Below are positions 1-10,383 of a DNA stretch of 64,000 nucleotides, piece after piece. The stretch is taken from positions 15,438,001 through 15,502,000 of the forward strand of contig JBHGNT010000011.1 of the NCBI GenBank assembly GCA_043228905.1. Reading direction: 5' to 3'. The position numbers and the translations under genes were made by a program. Origin of the DNA: Azolla caroliniana. Lineage: Eukaryota; Plantae; Polypodiophyta. Each line of letters opens with the position of its first letter. Within the stretch, counting starts at the first letter, position 1. The notes beneath the pieces were generated by a model. That model saw only the letters and a list, made by a program, of their open reading frames with translations, was not told the DNA's origin and did not search any database.

Positions 1-2510
1 TGTATGTACATATGTGTGTGCATGTATATTAATATACACGAAACCTTATAAATATCATGGTAATCTTTCAACTTTCATACAATTTAGTTTGTCAAAAGCT
101 TAGAATAATGCACAGGATTATATTGCCCCAATTGGTTGGTCGCACGAGCACCAAGGGGGAATAGTTGTTACACATAAGTGTGAAGATCGAATGTGGCAAC
201 AATTGGCCAAGAAACACTAAACAAACAATTAAGATACTTCGGTCTATAGTATATACTCATATGTCATAGCAAAGTCTAGTTCACAAGAGTAAACATTGAC
301 AACAACATTTCACATTGAGTTTGTCTTTTATCACCATGGCATTTCACAAATATGGGTGCGAATGTCGTTGTTTCTTATCTTTCTTTCTATTCAAACATTT
401 CCTCTCAACTCTCTTTACATATATGAATAGCCGATTGAAATAAGAGTTATGCCTTCCATCATACGGTTTTGTTTTCGAGGGTATCATCCTCGACATTCAG
501 TCAAACACTTATTTTGATGCAATTCCACCAATATGTGTACATACATTGAGAGAGAGACAGAGACGGAGATGGAGATTGAGAAATTTGATCCATCAATGTG
601 AGATTATTTCTAATTACTTTAGCTTTTTACCAAGGTGGTAAGGATAAATTCGATATTTTCAAAGTTAATTGGGTATTTCTCATATTACTCTTAAAATGGG
701 GCAATTTTTCTTTTGCTTCCTTTCTTTAAGCAATACATCATGTTGTTATCCGCTTTTGTAGGTTGGTTTATACCACTAGAATCAAGACTTCTTTGTATTG
801 CTTTGATAGTGTTTTCTTTTCACTTTAAGTAATTGTTTGATTGGTTCCGCATCAAATCAGTTGCTCTAGAGATTTATTTAATATGCAACTTGATAGCACA
901 CAATTCACATTGGGTTTGCTCAAAAGCATAATATAGTTAGCAAGGAAAGAGATGGGAGGGAAATCTAATAAATAGGCAAGAAAGGTAAATAAAAACTAAC
1001 AAGGAGTTTTGAAGATGGATAGACTCACCAAACATTTACACGCGCCCTTCATGAGAAGGAATCAAACCTATTTGAGGGTGGATATTTTGAGGGGTACAAT
1101 ACCCCTTTTAGAACTGGCAAGGGAGTTGAGGATAGGAAAACCACATATGATTAGTGATAAACACATGAGAATATGCATGTGTTTTTGTGCACTCATACAT
1201 TGTTAATGCCATTTTGTAGTTAAATCTAGTGTAAGTTAATCCTACCCCTACCACTTGATCCTACATGTTTAGGCATTCAATATATTCCATGCAAGCTCGC
1301 ATACTTGATACACGACAACACACACCACATTCAATGTAGTCTTGCTTGGGGTTAGGTTTGTAAACACGTAAAGAGGGGAGGGAAAGAGCCCAATGAATGT
1401 AGCTCAATTGGTAAGGTTATCCAATGAACACCAAAAGGTCATGCATTTAACCCCTACTTTAAGTTGTGATATTTAAATTTTAGACCAAGGAAAAACACGT
1501 ACATGTGATAAATTTCAAAGAGACCAAGCATGTTTTTCATGCATAGTAACATGACGTGCCCCACAATTGAAGAACAAATTGGATCAAACATTTATATGAA
1601 GTGGGAGATTTAAATCAAATAAACAATATTCTAACGTAGAAAAAGTCATTTGGGTATAATTCCTATATCATGGCTTGGGAGAGATCTAAGGCTCACACTT
1701 TGCACTTTATATTGCATATGTTGCAACAAATGACAATTTGATCCTCTTCTCCTTAAAATTAAATTTCATTAAGCAAAACACGTGAGATCCCATCCCTCTG
1801 TCCATAGTCCATACCACTCCTTAAAGTCATGGTATTAGGGCAACGAGAATGAGGCTCATTGACTATGCATGTTTCTCCCCCAATAACTTCACAAGTCTAT
1901 CACACTATATTCCAATACTGTGGTCTTGATTGTATTTGAGCTACATTTGCTCACATTTTTTACCTTAAGCCCTAAACATTTAAAACCTTGAATCCTAAAC
2001 ATTCACATGTGCATTGTCCATTGGCGATAATGTGCATTGTCCATTACAAAATTCATTGCTAAAATTTGTGAGCATCTAAAGTCGTTTATCAACTTGACAT
2101 GGACTACTTGGAAATATTTCCCATTAGTCCTATAGGTCATATTTGACTCCCATAATGATAATAAAATCTTAGTAATGCATACAATTATATTCATTGCATG
2201 AAAAAAACATCACAATTACAATAGTTTAACTCTTTTTATGAAGGTAGAGGGACATCCTCTAAAACCATAAAAAACTTGAATATGTACTTCAAGAAACAAT
2301 CTTTGCATACTTCAACACTCAACAATGCTATATAAGAATGCCTTTCAACATCCTAATATATGCATTAACTCCATTCGACATTCTATGTCTCAATAGTTAG
2401 TAAGATCTTAGCAAGAAGCTTTGTCATATTTTGAATGACCACCATCAAATAGCTGTCAACAACATAATTCATCACAAAAGGACTTACTTGTTTCTCTTAG
2501 ATTGTTATAC

Positions 2511-2908
2511 TTGCAAAGAAAGAGAAATTGACATCTCAATTCAATTGTTTGTTTTGATTAGGGGTGATATTGTTGTGGGATGTGGTTGATGTAATCCCAA
2601 TGGTTCTTAGAATTTGAAGATGCTAAAAGTTCATTGTATCTTCTACCAATTAAGGGTTTATAAGCGAATAATTTCATAATAGAACTTTATTGCATGTATC
2701 TTTAATGTAGCAAGGAAAAAAGAAATTGAGATCTCAAGTCATTCATATGTTTCGATTAAAGGTGATAGAGTTGGGTGATGTGGTTGATTCTAAATGTCAA
2801 AGGTTCTTTGGATTTGAAGATGTTAAAAGTTCATTGTATCTTCCCCCAATTTATGGGTTTGTTTGTGAATAATTGCCAAGCATAACTTTATTGTATGTAT
2901 CTTTATTG
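2511..2908. repeat. Degenerate tandem duplication, 2 x ~199 bp
   Basis: Blocks such as gaaattga.atctcaa, gatgtggttgat, tttgaagatg.taaaagttcattgtatcttc and aactttattg.atgtatcttta each occur twice about 200 bp apart. Confidence 0.8.
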
Positions 2909-2935
2909 AGACTGAAGATATTTTATCATCATTGC

Positions 2936-3255
2936 TAACAATTGGCAACGGTTCGGTTCGGTTTGAGAGACTCCAAACTGGTTTGGAACTGAACCGTTAA
3001 AATATTTTGGAACATGAACCTGAATCAAATCAAACCAAACCACGAAATCGTTAAAACATTTTTCAACCCGTTAAACCGTGGTTTCGTGGTTCGGTTTCGG
3101 TTTTCAACTTAGGTCAAATTCAAAATTTTAATATTTAATTTTTAAACTGTTGAAATTGCGGTTTCTAACTGTTGAAACCAAACCAAACCGTTGAAACCGT
3201 TAAGCCATGATTTCGTGGTTCGGTTTGGTTCAAACCGAATAGTTGTCGATTGTTA
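2936..3255. mobile_element. Non-autonomous hAT-type element (MITE), copy 1, 320 bp
   Basis: Imperfect TIRs TAACAATTGGCAAC ... GTTGTCGATTGTTA; perfect 8-bp TSD ATCATTGC (2928-2935, 3256-3263); many subterminal AAACCG/CGGTTT motifs. An 8-bp TSD is diagnostic of hAT. Confidence 0.9.
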
Positions 3256-4599
3256 ATCATTGCATGGTTTCACTGTCTTTTATCTCAAAGGATATGTGGA
3301 GTGGAATGCATGAAAGTTCAATTCGGGGTGGTGGAAAATGTTACAGCGTAATTGGCATTCCCAATTACCATTTTGTACAAAGGTATTTATTTGAAGAGTG
3401 ATGATTGGGAGGATATATTTAGGTTCAACCGTAAGAAAGAGAAGATTGGGATTTGGCACATGTTTCTTTTGTACTATTCCATTGGAAGATCATACATAAG
3501 CGGGGGTTTTAGCTCATACACATGTTGCTCATACATTTTCTCCTTACCTTTTGGCTTGGTGGTTTAAATTGTCAAAGACATAAATTTGAGAGAACCTAAG
3601 CTCGATTCTAACCATGGGTTAGGCCGTAATAGATCACAATTGGTCTATCATGGACATTTAAAATATCTCTCTTCGTCCATAATAGAAAGGGTAAGGTGAA
3701 TTGTTCATGGAACTACAAGCATTAGCCATTTAAACGCTTATTGTGATATTGGAGCTCTTCATCAATGGAGAGATTGTTTCGCACCATGGGTAACAACAAA
3801 TCATGAAGATATTGAGGACATTGATATTGGGGAGGAACAAAATGTGGGTAATTTTTATTTCTAGTTTACAATGTGTTAATTTGCTACTAGCTAGTGCCTA
3901 GTTCTCACATATAGACTGATTTATAAGATAAACTTAAAAACTTAATTTCCAGGATGAACTTTGTTGTTTTGAAGGATAAAGTATGCACTAGTTTCTTTTA
4001 AAATGTTTAAGCCAATAGTTATATGTGAATTGAGCCTATTATTGTAAAACTCCAAAACACCCGTACACCTTATTTTCCTCAATGCTCCCAAACTTTTTTA
4101 CTCCAAATGATCTTTATTGTTTATTCCACTCATGGACGGAGGTCCGAGGAGTAAAACCATGTATGAGTTTGGTTCTGTGTTGCGTAAGGCTAGGTTATTT
4201 AAGTATGCACATTTAATGTTTAGGTATATAGTATACCTCATGCATGGTGTTATACGAACTATTGATTAATGTCGCCATGACAAAATACACATTATTTTTT
4301 CAATGTTGTACTTGATGTATTGAAACAAAAAATACATATAGTATGTACTTATAAAAAATAAAATCCACATGTCATAAATATTAAGAAAAAGCCCAAAATG
4401 TATACATCTAAACTTTAAAAGGATTAAAAAATTCTTGTACGTAAATATTCTCCCTCTACCTTAAGCAACACTAGCCATGTTCAAATTACAATGGAGTTGC
4501 ATGGTATATGCACTCATTCTATGAAAGATCACACATTCACACCACCAAGGTTAGTAATTTAATGAGTTTTGCAGTGGCATAGAATCCAATTATAAAGAC

Positions 4600-4740
4600 G
4601 AAAAATCCATATTAGCTTGTAAAAAGAGGGGTTTTTTTGCACCCAGTGCTGTTGTTGGTAATTCCTTGCTTGATATGGATGCTAAATGTGGCTGGATTGC
4701 TGAAGCTACATGAGTGTTCAATAGTTTTCTAGTTAAATAT
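4600..4740 (+). pseudogene. Decayed PLS-class PPR gene fragment
   Basis: From 4651 translates VVGNSLLDMDAKCGWIAEAT*VFNSFLVK, matching the PLS consensus GN.L.DMYAKCG.+.EA..VF, with an in-frame stop. May continue (KDII...) after the LINE tail at ~5535. Confidence 0.7.
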
Positions 4741-5537
4741 TTAATAGTGGATTGTTTTGTATATTGCCTTTGACCACTTTAAGTTTAATACCAATGGAGG
4801 ATATTTTTTATGGAAAAATTTAATGAGTTTTGAGAACAATCGCAATTGATCTTCTCTTTCTAAAGTTAACAAGGGAAGGCTGGGCGGAACAGTTAAACCC
4901 ACAAGGTCACGGATTTATAGTGTAGGGTGGCAACGTGTTCCAATATGTTGGGGTGAAACTTGGCACAAACTTTGCATTTTTTGAGGAGATATGGATGATG
5001 GTAGTGTGCTTATCGGTCTAGTACATTTGGACCAAGCGTTGTAAGTTTGTTTTTCAGCAGCAAAAGCTCCCAAGTGGTGAGGTGTTGGTAAATATCTGGT
5101 TCGAGCTGGTATACTGGTTGCATGGATGGTATGATTCGATTTAGGGGGGATCAGACGAAGCAAAAATGGCAAGGTCAAATTTCTACTGAAATGGGGTGGT
5201 TTTCCTATGATGGTCAAATCTTCGACAACAGCTTAATGGAACTACCAAGCACTCAGGTGATTGTTTCTGCCAATGGCTCCCATTAGTGGACATGAGACGT
5301 AAATATGTATCGTTGCGATACAAGTAAGTTACCATAGTTGTAGTACCCGCATAACTTTGTTGTAAAAGAGTAGGTGGGATAATTTTGTTGGGACAACGTG
5401 AGTTTTGTTGAATTTATTGCTGTTTTTGGAGTTGTTGGATATTTCGATCCCTCTAAGTTTAGGCCTTGTGGATCTTAATGTTTGAAGTTTGTTGTATTTT
5501 GTTTGCTAAGAAGCAATGTTTTTTTGGGAAAAAAAAG
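4741..5537 (+). mobile_element. 5'-truncated L1 LINE 3' fragment
   Basis: Translates YIWTKRCKFVFQQQK...VLVNIWFELVYW, similar to the ORF2 C-terminus at 12990-13415; ends in a T-rich 3' UTR and an A-run at ~5529-5537. Left boundary approximate. Confidence 0.65.
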
Positions 5538-5649
5538 ATATCATATTATGCATGGTCAAAGATGCAATGTTGTACTTGAAGTATATTATTGTCCTTTGGG
5601 GGAGGCGTAACTACTCATTTTCAATTTATCAATTTCATTATAATGAGGT

Positions 5650-6269
5650 TGTTGGGATTACGGTCCCTCCGGATGGGATGTCCGGAGATGAATGACGGCA
5701 AGCCCGGTTGCGGTTACGGAACCGGATGATGAAGAGTACCCGGCATGAAGCCGGATGAAGAGTACCCGGATACGGATCCGGATGATGAAGACCCCGGCTA
5801 CGGAGCCGGATGACGAATGTACCCGGAGAGAGATCCGGATGCAGGGACATATTTGTGAATATGTTTGCTAAGAGCCCTTGAGGCTATATTTGTAAATATC
5901 CCGAAAGTCATATATGTATAAATATGACTTAGGGCAAACAGTTTTATGTTGTTGCTTATTTTTCATGAGAAGTGAGAGCAGCCGAGAGAGAGAGAGAGAG
6001 AGAGAGACGAAGAGGTCGTTGCCTCTGTGTATTACCGCCGCCTGTGGCGAGGACAGTGAGCTCAAGGTTGTTGCCTTGTAGCTTCACCATTGTACATCCC
6101 TGTTCATAGTGATAGTTGGAGGTTGAGGACTCCCGTGGTTTTTCCCATTTAGGGTTTTCCACGTAAAACATCCAGTGTACCTTTCTCTCTATTGTTTTGT
6201 GCTTTTTCTATTTCCTGTTTTCTGTGAGTTAATCCCATTCCTCGGTTGTGGCCGAGCACTGGTCCGACA
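5650..6269 (+). repeat. 5' LTR (620 bp)
   Basis: Starts TGTTGGGA, ends GTCCGACA; direct repeat of 10384-11001; contains a CCGG-rich U3 repeat array, TATAAAT box and (GA)12. Confidence 0.98.
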
Positions 6270-6272
6270 AAC

Positions 6273-6284
6273 TGGTATCAGAGC
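6273..6284 (+). promoter_or_regulatory. Primer binding site complementary to initiator tRNA-Met
   Basis: TGGTATCAGAGC, 3 nt downstream of the 5' LTR. Confidence 0.95.
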
Positions 6285-6299
6285 GAGTTAACACAGAAA

Positions 6300-7145
6300 A
6301 TGGAAGGCGGCGGCAGTGGGCCTCCGGGCATGATGGTGTTGAACTCACAGAACTACGCCGACTGGAAGATAAAGATGGAAGACCTTCTCATCGTCCGAGA
6401 CCTGTACGAACCGATCGACAATGCCGAGATACCCAAGGGGGTAATAGAGTCGGAGTGGAAGCTCCTGAACCGGAAAGCCGTAGCGACGATCCGGCAATAT
6501 GTCGATGTAAGTGTCCTGCAACATGTGGCAAACGATACGAACGCCTATGAGATGTGGAAGAAGCTGTCGGGCCTCTATGAGAGGAAGAATGCGTTGAACC
6601 GGACCTCCCTGATGAGAAAGATAGTGAACCTCAAGTACCGGGACGGCGAGAGTATGGTGGAACACGTAAGCACGTTCATGGGATTCGTGAACCAGCTTGC
6701 GGCGATCAAGTTCCCGTTGGAGGATGCAATGCAAGCCATCATCCTGATGTGTACATTGCCGGACAGCTGGGAGAACTTGGTGGTGACTCTCAGCACCTCC
6801 TGCGCCGAAGATAACTTGTCCCTACAAACGGTAAAGACAAGTATTTTGAACGAAGAAGCGCGTCGGAGAGATAAAGAACCGGTCTCCGACTCGAAGGCGC
6901 TGCTTACCGAATCGGAACGGGGAAGACAATGGAACCGGAGTCCGCAAAGACGGGAGAAGTCGGGGACCCGGTCGCAGTCAAGAGGAAGACCCACATGCTT
7001 CCACTGTGGGAAGCCGGGGCACTTCCGGAAGAATTGTCGGCATTACCGAAAGGACAACGGAGCCGACGACACTGATTCGAAGAAGTCACCGGAGAGAAAC
7101 GGCGCATACCGGGGAGCCACGGACCGGAGAGGTCCTGATCGGTGA
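6300..7145 (+). CDS. gag: Copia Gag with CCHC zinc knuckle
   Basis: NYADWKIKMEDLL N-terminus, UBN2-type gag body (LMCTLPDSWENL), CFHCGKPGHFRKNC knuckle; ends at TGA 7143-7145. Confidence 0.93.
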   Translation: MEGGGSGPPGMMVLNSQNYADWKIKMEDLLIVRDLYEPIDNAEIPKGVIESEWKLLNRKAVATIRQYVDVSVLQHVANDTNAYEMWKKLSGLYERKNALNRTSLMRKIVNLKYRDGESMVEHVSTFMGFVNQLAAIKFPLEDAMQAIILMCTLPDSWENLVVTLSTSCAEDNLSLQTVKTSILNEEARRRDKEPVSDSKALLTESERGRQWNRSPQRREKSGTRSQSRGRPTCFHCGKPGHFRKNCRHYRKDNGADDTDSKKSPERNGAYRGATDRRGPDR

Positions 7146-10100
7146 GGGCAGGACCGGAAAGGAACGACGGCACTCGCGGCAAGTGAAGAAGAGATAATGC
7201 TCATTACCGAAGAGAGGGAGCTGAACATTGCCGGCGTAGAGATGACCTGGGTGGTCGATTCCGGAGCGTCGTTCCACCTGACCCCGGAGAAGAAATACTT
7301 CTCATCCTACACAGCCGGTGAGCACGGCTTTGTCCGGATGGGAAATGAAGGTACGTGCCGGATAGCCGGCATAGGAGACGTGTGGCTGATGACATCAACC
7401 AGATGCAAGATGCTGTTGAAGGATGTGCGACACGTTCCGGAGGTTCGATTGAACCTGATTTCGGCCGGGAGGCTAGACGATGAAGGCTACACGGGTAGCA
7501 TCCGGAACGGTGTCATGAAGTTCAGCAAAGGGAGCCTGATAGTGGCTCGGGCCCGGAAGGTCAACACACTGTACCTGATGAATTCCCGGCTATGTCCGGA
7601 GGAGCTGAACGTGGCAGCCGACGCTGCCGGTGAGCTGTGGCACAAGAGACTGTGCCACATGAGTGAGAAGGGGATGAAGAGGCTTGCAGAAGACAACCTT
7701 ATTCCAGTGAAGCATGTGCACCTGGAGAAGTGCACCGACTGTCTGGCCGGTAAGCAAAACCGGACCTCCTTCCACTCAAGGCCACCGACGAGACGTAGCG
7801 GACCATTGGAGCTGGTGCACACAGACGTGTGTCAAGTAGAAACGAAGTCACATGGCGGAGCCCAGTACTTCGTGACATTCATTGATGACCACAGCCGGAA
7901 GCTGTGGACGGCACCGTTGAAGACAAAGGACCAAGTACTGTCCGTCTTCAAAGAACTCCACGCGAGAGTGGAAAGGGAATCCGGCAAGAAGCTGAAAGCG
8001 ATACGAGCGGATAACGGAGGGGAATACCGGGGGCAGTTCCAGGAGTACTGTCGCTCGAAGGGAATCCGGCTCGAGTTTACTGTGCCGAAGACGCCGGAAC
8101 TGAACGGGCTGGCCGAGAGGATGAACCGGACCATAATGGAGAGGGTCCGGAGTATGCTGGCGCATGCGAAATTACCCAAGGGATTTTGGGCTGAGGCAAT
8201 GTCGACGGCGACATATGTGATAAACAGATCACCCTCAGTACCTTTGGACGGAGACACGCCGCAGAGAGTGTGGACCGGTAGGGAAGTATCCTACCGGCAT
8301 CTGAAGGTGTTCGGGTGTCTCGCATACGTGCATGTGGCAAAGGACCGGAGAGGGAAGCTAGATCCAAAGACCCGGCCATGCATATTCCTCGGTTACGGCG
8401 ACGACGAGTTCGGCTACCGAGTATGGGACCCGGTCGACAAGAAGATATTCAGGAGTCGAGACATCATCTTCATGGAGGACAAGACACTCGCCGACTTGGA
8501 GTCGGAGAAGAAGATGAAGAGCTCCAAGTCGACCGGTGAGGATAAACTCTACGAGGAGCAGTCCCGACCGGCAAGGGACCGGTTAGCACTCGAGGATCCG
8601 GCCGAAGACGGTGAAGAAAGAGAACCGGCCGAGGAAGATGAAAATGATACCGGAACCGGCCCCGATCCCGAAATGGATTCGGATGAAGAAGAATCGAAAG
8701 AACCGGTTACCGAAGCTCCGGAACGGAGATATCCTCTAAGAGAGAGAAGGGCCCCCCGGAGATTTCCGGAACCAGAGCACGTGCTGCTAACCGACGAAGG
8801 GGAGCCGGAGAGCTTTGAAGAAGCAAAGCATGACACCCAGAGCCGCAGGTGGCTGAGTGCCATGCAGGACGAGATGGATTCCCTGCATGAGAACCACACA
8901 TATGAACTTGTGGAGTTGCCGAAAGGAAAACGGGCACTCCGTAACAAGTGGGTGTTCAAGCTGAAACCGGGAGATGCCGGAAACCCCCCGAGATACAAAG
9001 CCAGGATCGTGGTGAAGGGGTTTCAGCAGAAGAAGGGCGTCGACTTCGACGAGATATTTGCCCCGGTAGTGAAGATGACCTCCATCCGGACGGTGCTGAG
9101 CATAGCGGCAAGCATGGACCTCGAGGTAGAACAGATGGACGTGAAGACGGCATTCCTTCACGGTGACCTCGAAGAAGAGATCTACATGCAGCAACCGGAA
9201 GGATTCGAGAAGAAAGGGAAGGAGCACCTGGTATGCCGGTTGAAGAAGAGCCTTTACGGACTGAAGCAGGCTCCCCGGCAATGGTACCGGAAGTTCGACT
9301 CCTTCATGACCGACGAAGGGTACCTCAAAACGCAGTCCGACCACTGCGTGTTTGTGAAGAAGTTCGAAGGAGGAGACTCTCTAATACTCCTCCTGTACGT
9401 GGACGACATGTTGATCGTCGGACGGGACCAGGTCAAGATACGGATGCTGAAGAAGGCTCTTCACCGAACCTTCTCAATGAAGGACCTGGGTCCGGCGAGA
9501 CAAATACTAGGGATGCACATCATCCGGAACCGGAAGAAGAAGCAGTTGTGGCTGTCACAGGAGAAGTACGTGACGAAGGTGCTTCACCGGTTCAACATGT
9601 CGGAAGCGAGACCGGTCGGATCGTCCCTCCCGACAAACTGCAAGCTGTCCAGCAAGCAAAGTCCCAAGACAAAGGCTGAAAAGGAGGATATGATGAAAGT
9701 GCCGTATGCCTCAGCCGTCGGGAGCTTGATGTACGCCATGGTGTGTACGAGACCGGACATCGGATATGCAGTCGGAGTGGTGAGCCGGTACATGAGCAAT
9801 CCTGGCAAACAGCATTGGAACGCGGTCAAGTGGATACTCCGATACCTGAAGGGCACGGCAAACGTGTGCCTCCGATTCGGCTCCGGTAAGCCCGAACTCG
9901 ACGGCTTTACTGATTCGGATATGTCGGCTGATGCAGATACCAGCCGGTCCACATCAGGGTATGTGATGACGTATGCAGGAGGAGCTGTTTCGTGGCAGTC
10001 GAGGCTACAGAAGACAGTTGCGTTGTCAACCACGGAGGCGGAGTACATGGCGGCTGTTGAAGCCGGCAAGGAAATAATATGGATGAAGGACTTCATTAGA

Positions 10101-10373
10101 GAGCTCGGTATCCGGCAGGAGGAGTACCGACTCTACTGCGACAGTCAGAGTGCCATCCACCTTGCGAAGAACGCGGCCTATCACTCCCGGACGAAGCACA
10201 TCCAGCGAAGATACCACTGGATCCGGGAAAGGATAGAAGACAAGGAGTTCGTGCTGACGAAGATCCACACTGACGAGAACGGGTCGGATATGCTGACCAA
10301 GGTGCTCACACCCGACAAGCTGGAAGCATGCCGGAAGAGGATCGGATTGGAGAGACATCCCATGCCGAAGTGA
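7146..10373 (+). CDS. pol: Copia Pol (protease, integrase, reverse transcriptase, RNase H), same frame as gag
   Basis: WVVDSGASFH protease; LWHKRLCH...CTDC, HTDV/ADNGGEY/LAERMNRT integrase; KSLYGLKQAPRQW and YVDDML RT; DSD...TTEAEY...DSQSA RNase H. Open from the codon after the gag stop; first ATG at 7197. Confidence 0.97.
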   Translation, partial: GQDRKGTTALAASEEEIMLITEERELNIAGVEMTWVVDSGASFHLTPEKKYFSSYTAGEHGFVRMGNEGTCRIAGIGDVWLMTSTRCKMLLKDVRHVPEVRLNLISAGRLDDEGYTGSIRNGVMKFSKGSLIVARARKVNTLYLMNSRLCPEELNVAADAAGELWHKRLCHMSEKGMKRLAEDNLIPVKHVHLEKCTDCLAGKQNRTSFHSRPPTRRSGPLELVHTDVCQVETKSHGGAQYFVTFIDDHSRKLWTAPLKTKDQVLSVFKELHARVERESGKKLKAIRADNGGEYRGQFQEYCRSKGIRLEFTVPKTPELNGLAERMNRTIMERVRSMLAHAKLPKGFWAEAMSTATYVINRSPSVPLDGDTPQRVWTGREVSYRHLKVFGCLAYVHVAKDRRGKLDPKTRPCIFLGYGDDEFGYRVWDPVDKKIFRSRDIIFMEDKTLADLESEKKMKSSKSTGEDKLYEEQSRPARDRLALEDPAEDGEEREPAEEDENDTGTGPDPEMDSDEEESKEPVTEAPERRYPLRERRAPRRFPEPEHVLLTDEGEPESFEEAKHDTQSRRWLSAMQDEMDSLHENHTYELVELPKGKRALRNKWVFKLKPGDAGNPPRYKARIVVKGFQQKKGVDFDEIFAPVVKMTSIRTVLSIAASMDLEVEQMDVKTAFLHGDLEEEIYMQQPEGFEKKGKEHLVCRLKKSLYGLKQAPRQWYRKFDSFMTDEGYLKTQSDHCVFVKKFEGGDSLILLLYVDDMLIVGRDQVKIRMLKKALHRTFSMKDLGPARQILGMHIIRNRKKKQLWLSQEKYVTKVLHRFNMSEARPVGSSLPTNCKLSSKQSPKTKAEKEDMMKVPYASAVGSLMYAMVCTRPDIGYAVGVVSRYMSNPGKQHWNAVKWILRYLKGTANVCLRFGSGKPELDGFTDSDMSADADTSRSTSGYVMTYAGGAVSWQSRLQKTVALSTTEAEYMAAVEAGKEIIWMKDFIRELGIRQEEYRLYCDSQSAIHLAKNAAYHSRTKHIQRRYHWIRERIEDKEFVLTKIHTDENGSDMLTKVLTPDKLEACRKRIGLERHPMPK

Positions 10374-10381
10374 AGGGGGAG
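10372..10381 (+). promoter_or_regulatory. Polypurine tract
   Basis: GAAGGGGGAG just upstream of the 3' LTR. Confidence 0.9.
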
Positions 10382-10383
10382 TT

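Noticed and set aside
5665-5845. Repeat-spacer look of the U3 arrays (CRISPR-like)
   Set aside because: Repeats are degenerate, spacers are not unique, they lie inside LTRs of a eukaryotic element, and there are no cas genes.
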